This document shows positions 11,761 to 25,025 of a stretch of 64,000 nucleotides of DNA, one piece after another. Numbering within the stretch: position 1 is the stretch's first letter; each line of letters opens with the position of its first letter. The stretch covers positions 204,662,001 to 204,726,000 of the forward strand of contig NC_042997.1 in assembly GCF_006345805.1 (NCBI RefSeq), read 5' to 3'. The notes under the pieces were generated by a model that worked only from the letters and a program-made list of their open reading frames with translations, was not told the origin of the DNA and searched no databases. The position numbers were made by a program, and so were the translations under genes. The DNA comes from Octopus sinensis. Lineage: Eukaryota.

Positions 11761-12304
11761 ACTTACCTGGGATGCAAAATGCAGTTTCTTTTCTGTATGA
11801 TTGACAAAACTTTCTCATTTCAAATGCTTAGAAGGCATCTAAGATGTTTAAGATACTAAAATTTCCAATACAATTCATTATTCACTTCAAAAGAGATACA
11901 ACGTCAGTAGTAATAGATGATCTAATACCAGAAGAGTATGCAAGAAGCATAACTGATTTATAAATAATCAGTTATTGTTATAACACAATGGCTTTGTAGT
12001 GTTTTTTTTTTAACTTTGATTCATCTAATGAAGGACTCTTCAGGTGCCAAAATGTCTGGCAGATATGAAAAGTATAAACTTTTGATAGCAAATGGACCAA
12101 AAGGTTACACTTGAATAGAACAGTGTTTATTTTACAGGATAATTTAAAGAAGCTTTCCTCTCTTCTCTCTTGTAAATAAAATGGTTCTAATATAAGCGTG
12201 GATAATGGCGATAACATTGTTGTTTCCATTTTTGTTCTTATTATAGACTATAATTTCTAGGGTATTAACTTATTCTTTTGTTGTAGTTTTTTTTTTTAGA
12301 ATGA

Positions 12305-12535
12305 GTTAAGGCACATGGTCTAGTGGTTAGGGTGTTGCACTCTTGATTATAAAATCACAGTTTCCATTTCCAGAGTGGGCAGTGCATTCTGTATTTTTAG
12401 CAAAACATTTCGTTTCACACAGCTTCAGTCTACTTAGCTATAAATCAATAACCCTGTGATGAACTGATGGCATCCACTTCAGAGAGTGTTGTGAAACTGG
12501 TCACTTGTATGCCATGGAAACCTGGTAAATGGCCC
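12305..12535 (+). mobile_element. tRNA-derived SINE family D (diverged)
   Basis: GGCACATGGTCTAGTGGTTAGGGTG head; similarity to 38164-38415. Confidence 0.65.
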
Positions 12536-12557
12536 TGCGAGTTTTAGAGCTCTAGAC

Positions 12558-12742
12558 CAGGGATCTCCGAAGTGGTTGATATTGACCCTTGGGGGTTGAT
12601 GGGACTATTCAAGGGGTCAATAAATGCACATTTACTTAATTATTATTAGTATTTATTTATTTTCTTGTACATGCCTGGGGGTCGATGAGGGGTCAAGGAT
12701 TCCATGAAAGGGTCAATGGTCTAAAAAGTTTGGGAACCCCTG
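12558..12742. mobile_element. hAT-type MITE (185 bp)
   Basis: Ends CAGGGATCTCC..GGGAACCCCTG; perfect 8-bp TSD CTCTAGAC at 12550-12557 and 12743-12750. Confidence 0.9.
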
Positions 12743-12934
12743 CTCTAGACAATAATGTTCAGGGAGCCACATAAAGAACTACATCCTAAATTCATAAATC
12801 CTCAGCAGACATGAGACTAACCAAGAACGAAGAAAGGCTGAATGCTTAAAGCAATCACAGATGGCCAGTGTACACACAGCCACAAACACACATACAAGCA
12901 GTTACACAGGTGTGCAAACACAAACATGCACATG

Positions 12935-12966
<32 letters not shown>

Positions 12967-13828
12967 GATCCCTTGTTTACTCCCACCCTTACCTCCTCTT
13001 CTAAGCAAACATGTATACACATACACAAAGACGCAAGCCTTGGCGTGAGAGGGGAAGTCACTAAGTCACTGTAAAAGTTGTGAACTGTGACGAAAGAACT
13101 TTGACTAACAAACAACCAATTGATGTTTGAATCAGTCATTAAACAAATGATTGATTAGTTAGTTGGTTCAATTGACTAACAATAAAGAAGTAGAATTGAA
13201 CCTGTGCATGTGTGTTTTTATTATTAGTGTAAATCAAAGATACTTTGTTTCCATTCATTTGGAAGGAAATGAGGAACCCATTAATATAAAGGAGAATTTT
13301 AATCCGTTCTTCTATCATTTATTTCTGTTCTGTAACAGTTGGTACAGGACCGGGCTTTTGACTTGGAATATTTTTAATGGAAAAATACAAGTTAATACGA
13401 GTTGTAGTGATGCAAATTTCCACCTCAAGTGGACCCAATGACACTTTGCATACTCAACAAAATAAACATTTTCTTAAATCTATTGAATTATTAACCCCTA
13501 TTTGGTCATGTGGTGGATGATTAAGTATGCAGAGTAAAATGATAAACTTTGTGTTCTTTTTCTTGGCAAAACCATTCAAAATAAACTTATCTAGATATTG
13601 GTGAATGTAATCAAAGCTAAGATTGAATAAGTAGGGAAAAGCGCATAATACTTTTCTTTAATCATTGACTACATTCCTGATGTAAATCACTTGGAACCAA
13701 TAACAACTGTAATACAATTTGTAAGCTTCTAGTAGTTTTCAATGTCTCATTCCATGACCATGAACATAGCAGAGCATTTTTGGAGGAGTTTATTTAACAG
13801 TAATTATACTCTCATAGCTGTAGTATAC

Positions 13829-13871
13829 CTGTCCTTAAATTTAGATGACATTCAAGAGTAATGCTACGATC
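13829..13871 (-). CDS. Candidate exon of putative second gene (DRSITLECHLNLRT)
   Basis: Strong acceptor TTTGCTTTTCATGTTGCTTCCAG, CAG|GTATAC donor, only one open frame (phase 0 to 1). Confidence 0.4.
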
Positions 13872-14879
13872 CTGGAAGCAACATGAAAAGCAAACTTAAA
13901 AGTATTCAGACTCAAACTTTAGACTTGAACCATTCTCTCCTTATACCATTGTTCATCCCTCTTCCTAAAATCGTCACCCACTCTCTTGTATCTACCTTAG
14001 TTAGACGGGATACTGTAGACCTTTAGCCTTGCAAGTTACAATGTGATTAAAACTTTAGCTAGTGTCATCAAAAAAGTATCCAGTATACTCTGTGAAGTAG
14101 TTGGCATGAGAAAGGACATCCAGCCAGCCACAGAAACCATGCTGGTGTAGATATTGGTGCAAGATGCAGTCCTCTGACTTGTCAGATCCTATCAAACCAC
14201 CCAAAAACAATGTTAATGTGGAAGCTAGATATCAAATGATGATGATGATGGTGGTGGTGGTCATCGTCGGGGTGGTGATGATGATAAAACCAAGAGCATC
14301 TTTCATTCCCTGCACTACTCCTTGATTAGATATGATTGTCAATAACCACAGTAAGTTTTTGCATGGAGGTTACAGTAATTTTTGATTCCATACAAAAAGC
14401 TGTATGTCTTCTTTTCAAGTTTGATGTGTCATTGAAATATATTCACGAAACTTTGAAACTCTGAACTCTTAAACCAAGAAGATTCTGTTCAAATATTGCA
14501 ATTACTTCAAGAATTCTTTTAACCCTTTCACTTAATGTTGTAAAGGGGAAGAGGAATTTCTCTAAACTTCAACTCGTCAATTATTAGAGAGTGGGTAAGT
14601 CAATTACACTGACCCCAGTGCTCAGGACAAAAGGCAAACTTAACCTTGACTGAATTTGAATTCAACACGTAAAGATTGATGAAATGCCACTAAGCAGTAT
14701 GGTTTTGCTAGCTCACCGTCCTCCAAAACCTATTTATTATGGACAATAAAGTAGAGCTCGACTCTCTCTCTGTTGGCTACAATTTCTACTGAAGAGATAT
14801 ACATGGCATATGATATGAATTTAAAACATTGTATGAAAAGATGCAAAGGCAGCAAAATTAATATTTTGACTTATTTAAG

Positions 14880-16115
14880 TCAAGATCACCAATTGTCTTA
14901 CTAAATTCTTGTAAAAATTTCTGACGTTTTTTGTTGGAGTGATTGTGCAAGCTAAGGACACATAAGAGGTGCAGCAATATTAAAGGAAGGTTAACTGAGA
15001 AAATAGATTTTGTGTGTGGAAGGTGCACAGGTACAATAAACACTAAAAATGTATCGAAAATAAACTTCATCAAATACCAGCAGGGTAAGCTAGGGATAGT
15101 TGATAGCTTCCATTACCTAGGTGACCAAATTAGCAGTAGAGGTGGATACTCTGAGAGTGTAGTTGCGAGAATAAGAATAGGCTGGACAAAGTGCAGAGAG
15201 CTCCTACTTCTGTTGGCAACAAAGGGCCTCTCCTTCAGAGTGAAAAGCAGACTGTATGATGCCTGTGTGTGAACAACTATGCTACATGGCAGTGAAACAT
15301 GGGCTGCGACTGCTGAGGACATGTGTAGGCTTGAAAAAAATGAAGCTAGCATGCTCTGCTGGCTGTGCAATGTCATTGCACATGTACGACAGTGTGTAAG
15401 CATTTTGAGAGAAAGGTTGGGTATAAGAAACATCAGATGTGTTGTGTGAGATAGACAACTGCACTGGTGTGGTCATGTGTTGCATATGGATGAGGACAGC
15501 TGTGTAAAGAAGTGCCAATCTCTAACTGTGGAGAGAACCTGTGGAAGAGGTAGACCCAGAAAGACAGGTGATGAAGCATGATCCTTGAACGTTGGGCCTC
15601 GTGGATGCAATGACTAGTGACCAAGATCCTTGATGTTATGCTGTATGTGAGAAGGCCTGTCAAGCCAAGTGAAATTGTAGTTTTTGATGATGCTGGTGTT
15701 TTGTAATTGACACCTGTGCTGGTGGCACATAAAAAGCACTTTTCGGGCATTGGGCCTCATGGAAGCAATATAGTGTCACATAACTAGCACCTATGCTGGT
15801 GACACATAAAAACAACCTTTCGAGTGTTGGGCCTCACGAAAGCAATGATAAATGACCAAGACCTTTGGCAATCAAGCCATGTGAAATTGTAGTCATGGCA
15901 GATACTGGTATCGAGCAACTGGCACCCGTGCCGGTGGCATGTAAAAGCACCCACTACACTCTCAGACTGGTTGGTGTTAGGAAGGGCATCTAGCCATAGA
16001 AACCATGCCAGATCAGATTGGAGTCTGGTGCAGCCCCTCAGCTTGCCAACCCTGGTCAAACTGTCCAACTCATGTCAGCATGGACAACAGACGTTAAATG
16101 ATGAGGATGATGATG
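14880..16115 (+). mobile_element. RTE-clade LINE: ORF2 C-terminal part, 3' UTR and (GAT)n tail
   Basis: HKRCSNIKGRL..FVCGRC..VDSFHYLGDQIS..RIRIGW...LYDACV*TTMLHGSETW...HWCGHVLHMDED...GRGRP; ends CGTTAAATGATGAGGATGATG. Confidence 0.9.
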
Positions 16116-17124
16116 TGTTATAGTGATTTTTGTTAGTTATTTCCTTTGGTACAAATTGGGATGCATGGAAACATTTTCTAAAATATCATAAATCCTTCAT
16201 TGCTAATGAATTTGATAAGCAACTGAAGACAGACCAGGAGAGGAGGAATGGAAGTTTGTTACTGTGTGATACTATTTCCTCTGCTTCTCTTACTGTATTT
16301 TTGTAATAATTTCTTTTGTACAATAAATCATATTTATAAAGGGGTACATATACAGATAGATAAAGACAGATTTGCACATAAACAGATAAATAGACAGACA
16401 GACAGGTAGGTAGATAGATAGGCAAATAGAGAGATAGTGAGTCTGACAGATATATACACAGATAGATTGATGAATAGATTGATAGAACTCTGTACATGAG
16501 TATGTGTACTTTTTTTAATATTTTTAATTGGCAGAAAGTTACCAGTCAGTTTGCTGAGTGCTATACAGGAATTCTCAATCCTCAGCTTCTGAGTTACTTT
16601 TGTGACAGTATTCACAGTTTACTATAATTTTCACTTACTTTAATCTTTGATACATACAAAGTAAAAAAAAACCAACAACATAAAAACAAAGAGACTGAAA
16701 GAAAATCTGGTAAAGAACACATGGATAATATCAGATACCAAGTGCCAACTTCCAGACAAATTTTTTCATTGAAATATTCCATTCATGACAACTATCTTTC
16801 CTTACAAGCTTCAGTGAAACTGGAGGAAATAAACGTTTACCTTAATACTTCCTATGTTTATTGTAACCTTTAAACTAGAAAAACTTCTCTCTTCCCTTTT
16901 GAAAAATTTATAAAAATGATTATGTTTTCCTTCCTTTGTATAATTATAACTAAAATAAAATTTTCTTCACTTCATTAGGGGCTGCCCAGATATTCTTTAC
17001 AGATCCTCTAACTGTTTATAAAATGTTCCATTTATACTTGTGAATTTCTTTATATTTTGTATAGACTTCCTTCCTGATAATGTTACTGTAAATCATCTAA
17101 AATCTATCTCTCTATATTAAACAG

Positions 17125-17358
17125 AGGTATGTTAAATGAGTTCCTTCCATAGAGTATCATAAAAGACAGTGTTTGGTGGAGCCATTACCAAATCTCTGAC
17201 TTCTATGATAATGGCTGGTGGGAGTGAATCAATGATATGTGCTGCTCAAGTCACTTCCGGTTTGCAGCAAACAGTACTTCAATGTGTGTGAACCATAGAA
17301 CCAGGTCATGCATCCCAGAGAATAGTGGTGCTTTTAAGATGATCAGAGACTGAGCCAT
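17125..17358 (-). mobile_element. Ty3/Gypsy-like gag N-terminal relic
   Basis: MAQSLIILKAPLFSGMHDLVLWFTHIEVLFAAN / HIIDSLPPAIIIEVRDLVMAPP / YDTLWKELI resembles the Gypsy gag KLPPFW..P.LWF.Q.E..F...LP.....VRD....PP...Y..LK..LI motif; frameshifted. Confidence 0.65.
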
Positions 17359-18068
17359 ATCTGTAGATGAAGGTGTTGATGTGCTGTGTACTGGGTGGAA
17401 CATAAATAAGTTGGGATATTAATAGGAAGTTCAATTGTTGTGTATACTGTGTGATTCATCAGTCACCAAATTTAACAAATAAATTGTTTCTGAATATATA
17501 GAAATGACAAAAGATAGTCCTATACTCATTATGGATTTTATTCAATTGTTATGTTATTACCCAGCTGTAAAAATGGATATTTGTATTATAGTTGAGTTTT
17601 ACATTGAAAATCTCTTGTCCAGTTTGTAGCAGTGATTTGAAACCAAACTGCCAGATAATTGGTCATGCATCACAAATGAACCGCTGTAGTTTCACATGAT
17701 TGGTCTATTAAACAACCAATCAGCATCAATTCAGTTTTCTAGAGTCTTCAAGTTCCCTATAAAAAGCCATTTGTGGTGATAATTGCAGAATGCTGAGGTA
17801 GCTACATGAAGTGTCTCCATTCCTGCCACAGCCAGATGACCCAGGAAGATGGTTAAGACTGATGGCAGATAGATAATAGGATTCTCTGTCACCATGGATA
17901 TAGCACAATTGTTTCCAGTTAATTTGAGCCAGCCACATATTGCCATTATCTCCCAGTAGTTCTTGCTGTTGTTATTTGGAAAAGACTAACACAGTACAAC
18001 ACTATGTGCAACAATAAAATCTTCTGGCAAATGTTTGTGGATGTCATTCAGTGACTTTTTCATGCAGC

Positions 18069-19159
18069 CCAAGAAACACATTTTCATTTATGTCCAAGAA
18101 ACACATTTTCATTTATGTCCAAGGAACACATTTTCATTTATGTCCAAGAAACACATTTTCATTTATGTCCAAGGAACACATTTTCATTTATGTCCAAGAA
18201 ACACATTTTCATTTATGTCCAAGGAACACATTTTCATTTATGTCCAAGGAACACATTTTCATTTATGTCCAAGAAACACATTTTCATTTATGTCCAAGAA
18301 ACACATTTTCATTTATGTCCAAGAAACACATTTTCATTTATGTCCAAGGAACACATTTTCATTTATGTCCAAGAAACACATTTTCATTTATGTCCAAGAA
18401 ACACATTTTCATTTATGTCCAAGAAACACTTTTCATTTATGTCCAAGGAACACATTTTCATTTATGTCCAAGAAACACATTTCATTTATGTCCAAGGAAC
18501 ACATTTTCATTTATGTCCAAGAACACATTTTCATTTATGTCCAAGAAACACATTTTCATTTATGTCCAAGAAACACATTTTCATTTATGTCCAAGGAACA
18601 CATTTTCATTTATGTCCAAGAAACACATTTTCATTTATGTCCAAGAAACACATTTTCATTTATGTCCAAGAAAACATTTTCATTTATGTCCAAGAAACAC
18701 ATTTTCATTTATGTCCAAGGAACACATTTTCATTTATGTCCAAGAAACACATTTTCATTTATGTCCAAGAAACACATTTTCATTTATGTCCAAGAAACAC
18801 ATTTTCATTTATGTCCAAGGAACACATTTTCATTTATGTCCAAGAAACACATTTTCATTTATGTCCAAGAAACACATTTTCATTTATGTCCAAGAAACAC
18901 ATTTTCATTTATGTCCAAGAAACACATTTTCATTTATGTCCAAGAAACACATTTTCATTTATGTCCAAGAAACACATTTTCATTTATGTCCAAGAAACAC
19001 ATTTTCATTTATGTCCAAGAAACACATTTTCATTTATGTCCAAGAAACACATTTTCATTTATGTCCAAGAAACACATTTTCATTTATGTCCAAGAAACAC
19101 ATTTTCATTTATGTCCAAGAAGCACATTTTCATTTATGTCCAAGAAACACATTTTCATT
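18069..19159. repeat. 25-bp minisatellite, ~44 copies (CCAAGAAACACATTTTCATTTATGT)
   Basis: Head-to-tail units with no spacers; A/G variant at one position and occasional 1-nt deletions. Confidence 0.97.
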
Positions 19160-19347
19160 CACTGCCGGCAAAATTGCTTTTTAACTAACTAAAGGTGACA
19201 GAAAGAAACTTTTTGAAAGGAACTGAATGTTTTTGTTTTGTTTTTTTTTCATGTATCACTAATCTACACCTGTGTTAAAATCAAACTAGATCACTGAAAT
19301 CAGAATTGAATGAGCATATTCAGATTCACATGTGTTTAACATAAGAT

Positions 19348-20075
19348 CATCATCATCATCATCGTTTAACGTCCATTTTTCGCGCTAGCACGGGTTGGAC
19401 GGTTCGACCGGGGTCTGGAGAGCCAGGGGCTGCTCCAGGCTCCAGTCTGATCTGGCAGTGTTTCTACAGCTGGATGCCCTTCCTAATGCCAACCACTCCA
19501 CGAGTGTAGTGGGTGCTTTTTACGTGCCACCTGCACAGGTGCCAGAGGGGTCTGGCATCGACCACGATCGGTTGGTGCTTTTTTTATGTGCCACCGGCAC
19601 AGAAGCCAGTCGGGGCGGTGCTGGCATCAGCCACGTTCGGATGGTGCTTTTTATGTGCCACCGGCACAGAAGCCATTCGAGGCAGGGTTGGCATCGGCCA
19701 CGTTCGGATGGTGCTTTTTATGTGCCACCGGCACAGAAGCCATTCGAGGCAGGGTTGGCATCGGCCACGTTCGGATGGTGCTTTTTATGTGCCACCGGCA
19801 CAGAAGCCATTCGAGGCAGGGTTGGCATTGGTCACGTTTGGATGGTGCTTTTTATGTGCCACCGGCACAGAAGCCAGTGGAGGCTGCACTGGCAACAGCC
19901 ATGTTCGGATGGTGCTTTTATGTGCCACCGGCACAGGTATCACAACCACTATTTCCATTGATATTTGTTTCGATGTTCATGTACATGCACTTGACTCAGC
20001 AGGTCTCCTCAAGCACAGCGAGATGTTCCGGGATCCCAAGATCGGTTGGTGCTTTTTATGTGCCACCGGCACGAT
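19348..20075 (-). mobile_element. RTE 3'-end-derived element (family C) with internal 67-bp tandem array (~19575-19935)
   Basis: (CAT)n tail, CGTTTAACGTCC.., GGATGCCCTTCCTAATGCCAACCAC; ATGGTGC recurs at 19641, 19708 and 19775. Confidence 0.85.
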
Positions 20076-21169
20076 GATGGTGAATTTGAGAGGTTAAGCA
20101 AATGGATTTCGAGAGCAAAGTCTGAGAACAAGCAAAACAAATATGAACACGCTGGTTTTGATCCATGGTCACGAACCCATTATATATCTTCTACAAGTGA
20201 GTCACTAAATAAATGCATAAAAATGTAAAACTTAAAATATTGAGTAAATAAATTACTCTGGAATGCTCTCAACATGAAAACATCATAGTCAAGTTTGAGT
20301 TAAAGTAGCATTAGACATGTTAACTAGAAATAATTATACAGAGAGGATAAAAAATAATATAAATCATTGACTAATATTATTTTTAATCTATCAGCAAGTA
20401 AATGAAATACCTATGCAATTTTCTTTAGTCATTAGAGTTAAGGTCATGCTAGAGCACTGACCCTGAAGATTTTGGGCAGTTTGCCTGTTTTCATGGTAAC
20501 TAATGAAGAAACTAAATTTTTGAGCAAAGCAAGAAGCTTAAGCTCACCTAGACAGTTATTTCTGTTCATCATATTCATATACAGTCAAACAGTTTCTATA
20601 GAAGTCCAAATTAACAAGTCAAAATCTAACTGTTTTTCCAATATCAAATCTGATATGAAGTATAAGTGTCTCCAGTTCTGAAGAGATCCAGTTTCCCTCT
20701 GAATCCTTTCTTTTTTTCAGAAAATAATCTTGTCAGACTTATTACTCAGAAAGTTTGAGAAGGAAGGGAGGAAAATGATGGAGGAGAAGGCGGTGATATA
20801 AATAGACTCTTTGATTATAAAAAGAAGCAAACTGAATGTTTCAAATCTTCAGCATCACCACTATTTGTTCGAACAGATGGAACAAACAGTGTTAATGAGA
20901 GAAATTCAATACATTTACTTGAACTGTTAGACACAGCAGCTAAATTTATTCCTTTGTATAATACACATTGTTTTTATTAACAACCTAGTTTCACATGATG
21001 AAGAAAAGAAGAAAAACATTAAAAGCATAAAAGATCAAGTTATTGAGGAAAGTACTATAACAACCACACTGAGGAAAGAAAGAGAAAGGAAAAAAAGCGG
21101 GGGTAGTTAAACAGCAGAAGATGAACAGGGAGTAACGGGTTGTACAGCCCAGAAAAAAGGGCTTGTTTA

Positions 21170-21365
21170 GCTGTGCCTCATGGACGTGATTGCAAAGGTG
21201 TTGCCACAGAGAATGGCCAATGACACTCACTGCAGCCACCCAACTTCATGCAGCTTATTTCTCAGACAGGCTGCAGTTATCCCAATTTTGCAGAGGGAAT
21301 CAGTAGTGGAGTGTCTGAGAATACCTGAGGTCTTGATTGTGACCTGCACAAGCTGATAGTGGCCA
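21170..21365 (-). mobile_element. CRE-like (RLE) non-LTR retrotransposon C-terminal relic
   Basis: HYQLVQVTIKTSGILRHSTTDSLCKIG...HEVGWLQ / VSLAILCGNTFAI matches the Y.F.P.A.ET.G..G...FL..IG...RE..WL.QR.S.AI.RGNA pattern. Confidence 0.6.
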
Positions 21366-21461
21366 GTCAGGCTCTTGTGTTTGTTTGTATCATTATAACT
21401 AAAATAGAAATATCAGTTTCATTAGGGGTTGTCTTGACGTTCCTTACAAATCTTCTAACTG

Positions 21462-21850
21462 TTTACTCTTTTACTTGTTTCAGTAATTTGACTGCAGCCA
21501 TGCTGGAGCACCGCCTTTAGTTGAGCAACTCGACCCTGGGACTTATTCTTTGTAAGCCTAGTACTTATTCTGTTGGTCTCTTTTGCCGAACTGCTAAGTA
21601 ACGGGGACGTAAACACACCAGCATTGCTAGGGGGACAAACACAGACACACAAACATACACGCACATATATATATATATATATATACGACGGGCTTCTTTC
21701 AGTTTCCGTCTACCAAATCCACTCACAAGGCATTGGTCGGCCTGGGGCTATAGCAGAAGACACTTGCCCAAGATGCCACACAGAGGGACTGAACCCGGAA
21801 CCATGTGGTTGGTTAGCAAGCTACTTGCCACACAGCCACTCTTGCGCCTA
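21462..21850 (-). mobile_element. tRNA-derived SINE family A (~400 bp, internal microsatellite)
   Basis: Head AGGAGTGGCTGTGTGGTAAG..GGGTTCAGTCC, tail GGTGCTCCAGCATGGC..CAGTCAAAT.ACTGAAACAAGTAAAAGAGT. Confidence 0.9.
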
Positions 21851-23169
21851 ACTGTTTATAAAAAGTTTCATTCATGCTCAGAACTACTGTATGTGTCTGT
21901 ACAGACTACTTCCTGATTACTTTACAATATGTTACGTAAGACTCTTATAGAAAACTTAAATGATATCATATAAGTTTCAAATCACATAGGTTTGAAAGGG
22001 TAATCACATAAGTTTCAAGAAAATTCAAATGTCTCTGTGCTAACAGTATGTTTCAGTCATGTGATCACATGACCAACCAGGCTATCAGATTTTGTTACAC
22101 ATCACTGGTCACAATGTGCTTTTAGCCTTCAAATAATACCCTCCCCCCCCACTGGCTAGACGAGCAGTTCAACAATCACCCCTGATTGAAGGGAGATTGG
22201 AGCAGTATGAAAAGAAGTGTTTTGCTCAAGAACTACAACGTGCCACCCAATCAGGGAATTGAGCCAATGATCTAGAGATTGTGAGTATGACAGCCAAATC
22301 ATTGGGACACGTGTTTTCACATATGTTTCAGAATAAGGCAAAAACGTTCTAAAAACTTTCCAGGTATCTAAATGTTCCACTGGCTGACTGGTTACTGTAA
22401 CAAATACCTTCATGAAATTAATGGTGACCACATGCAGTACTTTGTTTCCTTCCTCAAACACAGTTATAAATGTGATGGAAAAGTTTGCACAGAGAAGATA
22501 ATAAATTCTGTGACTGTATTTACAACTGTGTGTAGAAGAGTTTACCTCAATGTTTGACTAAATGGTTGTACACCTTGTCTGGTCTAAGTTTGGTGGGTGC
22601 ACTAATGAAAAATATGCATACTTAGGACAGAGAAAATTGTATGTGTGTGTGTGTGTGTAAGATCATCCTCAACATTATCATTTAATGTCTGTTTTCCATG
22701 GGTTGGACAGTTTGACCAGAGCTGGTGAGGCCACGGCCTGCACCAGGCTCCAATGTCTGTTCTAGCCTGATTTCTACAGCTGGATGCCTTTCCTAACACT
22801 AGCCACTCTTGTGTTAGAATCAAACTTTAATGCGACACAAACACAAGTGTGGCATATATATATATATATATATAAACCAAAATTGATGAGTAGCTAGTGG
22901 AGTATCTCTCGATGAGTAATCATTACTTCCAAGGTGCTGCTAGCAAGGAAACATGTTTAGCCTGGATTTTACCTGCTCCATCCACTCAATCTGGATTTTT
23001 ATTCACATACATAGCAACCCTGGTTGCTACCATGAACTATAAAATAACTTTTTTCAGTTTATCGCACTTCGATATGAGAAAAACTCGCAACCTTCTATGC
23101 CAATAAACTATTATTGTTCCTGAAAGTTTGTTTTTTATCCCTTACTGACTGCTTGAAGCTTACTAACTT

Positions 23170-23752
23170 CCTATGCCTGGATCCTTGGATAACAATACTT
23201 GGTAGGACAAGTGAGTCCATAACCCGTGGCCTTCTACATGGGATGGAGCCAGCCTACGTATGCATACCTTCCCTTCTTGGGACACAAAACTCTACTTGTG
23301 AAGACCTGTTGAGGCAAGTGAGGATCAGAATCGAAATCGATCAATGGAAATTGCAGATGTGTTACCAGTGCCGGTGGCATGTAAGAGAACCATCCGTTTG
23401 CGACCATTGCCAGCGCCGCCCCGACTGGCCTCGTGCCGGTGGCACGTAAAAATCACCATCCGTTCGTGTCCATTGCCAGCCTCGCCTGGCCCCCGTGCCG
23501 GTGGCACATAAAAAGCACCATCCGTTCGTGGCCGTTTGCCAGCTCTGTCTGGCACCTGTGCGGGTGGCACGCAAAAAGCACCCACTACACTCACGGAGTG
23601 GTTGGCGTTAGGAAGGGCATCCAGCCGTAGAAACACTGCCAGATCTGACTGGGCCTGATGAAGCCTTCTGGCTTCACAGACCCCAGTTGAACCGTCCAAC
23701 CCATGCTAGCATGGAAAACGGATGCTAAACGATGATGATGATGATGATGATG
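23170..23752 (+). mobile_element. RTE 3'-derived family C element
   Basis: GTGCC-GGT-GGCAC repeats, GGGCATCCAGCCGTAGAAAC, (GAT)n tail. Confidence 0.85.
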
Positions 23753-25025
23753 GTTATCTTATCGATCTGAGAATATTGAAATGAAAAGTGAACTCTGCAG
23801 CTTTTGAACACAGCAAGAATTGTAAGTTAAATATTATTTCTTAAGTTATTCAGAGAAGGAAGAACAGTGCTCATCATGTTTACAAGTTTTCACAAAATGG
23901 TCAGATTGAAGGAGCCAATGATTGAAGGAGCCTGACCGTCTGAACTTCAAGGTCTTTACGAAAATATAAGTGCAAAGAAACTGAGGTTCTGTCTTCAAGT
24001 TTTGTAACATAATGAACTCCACTAACGGTTACTTAAGGACCAAATGGTTGTGTTAAACTGACAACGTTTCAGATTTATCATCTCAGCGATCGACTTCCAC
24101 AAATTAGTATGTTTGGTATTTTACTGTTTTTGATTTTCAAATATTTCAGTTAGATAAGTATTATATCTATGAATGTTCACAATATTGAGCTGAGACCTTC
24201 CTAAACTCTGGATAAAACGACAGGTAAACCCTTCAGTGTTATCCTACCGTACTTATCTAGGTCTGCTGAGAGCCCTAGAACTCATAAGGCCAGAGCATAA
24301 TCTAGTTTTCAGGGCATATAAGTAACTAAGATTACAATACTCTCCTTTGAATGGAATGCTGGTCCCTCACATGGCTAAGTTCCCAGCTGTTACTGAAACT
24401 CATTTATAGTTGATTGAACTGAAGCAACGAGAATGAAGTGCTTTTCTCAAAAACACATCCAATCTGGGAATTGAAACCTAACCACTTACCCATATGCTTT
24501 CACATTCCATCAACAGTGATGAGGGTTACAGTTGGTCTGATCAATGGAACAGCCTGCCTGTGAAATTAATGTGCAAGTGGCTGAGTACTCCACAAACACA
24601 CAGTTCTCAAGGTGATTCAGCACTGAATGTGTCTAGACTGGCCCTTTGAAACCCAGGTACTACTCATTTTACCAGCTGAGTGGACTGGAGAAATATGAAA
24701 TAAGCACTTTGCTCAAAGACACAATGCACTGCTGGGTATTGAACTCATGACCTTATGATTATGAACATAATACCCTAAGCCACCTGCCTTCACGTCCCAC
24801 CATACCAGAAAGAAAATCCTTTCACAAAAATAACCTTAAAACACTCTCCCTAATTTTTCGAATCACCTTGAGTCATCTTAATTGAATTGGGCTTTATACA
24901 CTTTGTCTATTTATTATTTCTTTCTAGAAAGTCGTTTATGAATGTCTTACGAAACATGAATGCAAAAAACATTCCTGGCATATTCTTGCTGTTAGAATCA
25001 GTTCTTCTGTTCATGTTCTACTTAC

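Noticed and set aside
10917-13000. 8-nt microexon 13000-12993 plus terminal exon 11027-10917 completing gene 2
   Set aside because: The phases fit, but such short matches are expected by chance over kilobases and there is no homology support.
18069-19159. CRISPR array or 357-385 aa protein genes
   Set aside because: The units are directly adjacent with no unique spacers, there are no cas genes, and the context is eukaryotic. The ORFs arise simply because the 25-bp unit lacks stops.
21325-21343. 19-nt exon candidate
   Set aside because: It is part of the CRE retrotransposon relic.
24058-24092. GAAACGUUGUC hammerhead 3' half on the minus strand
   Set aside because: There is no CUGANGA core in register and no stem I.
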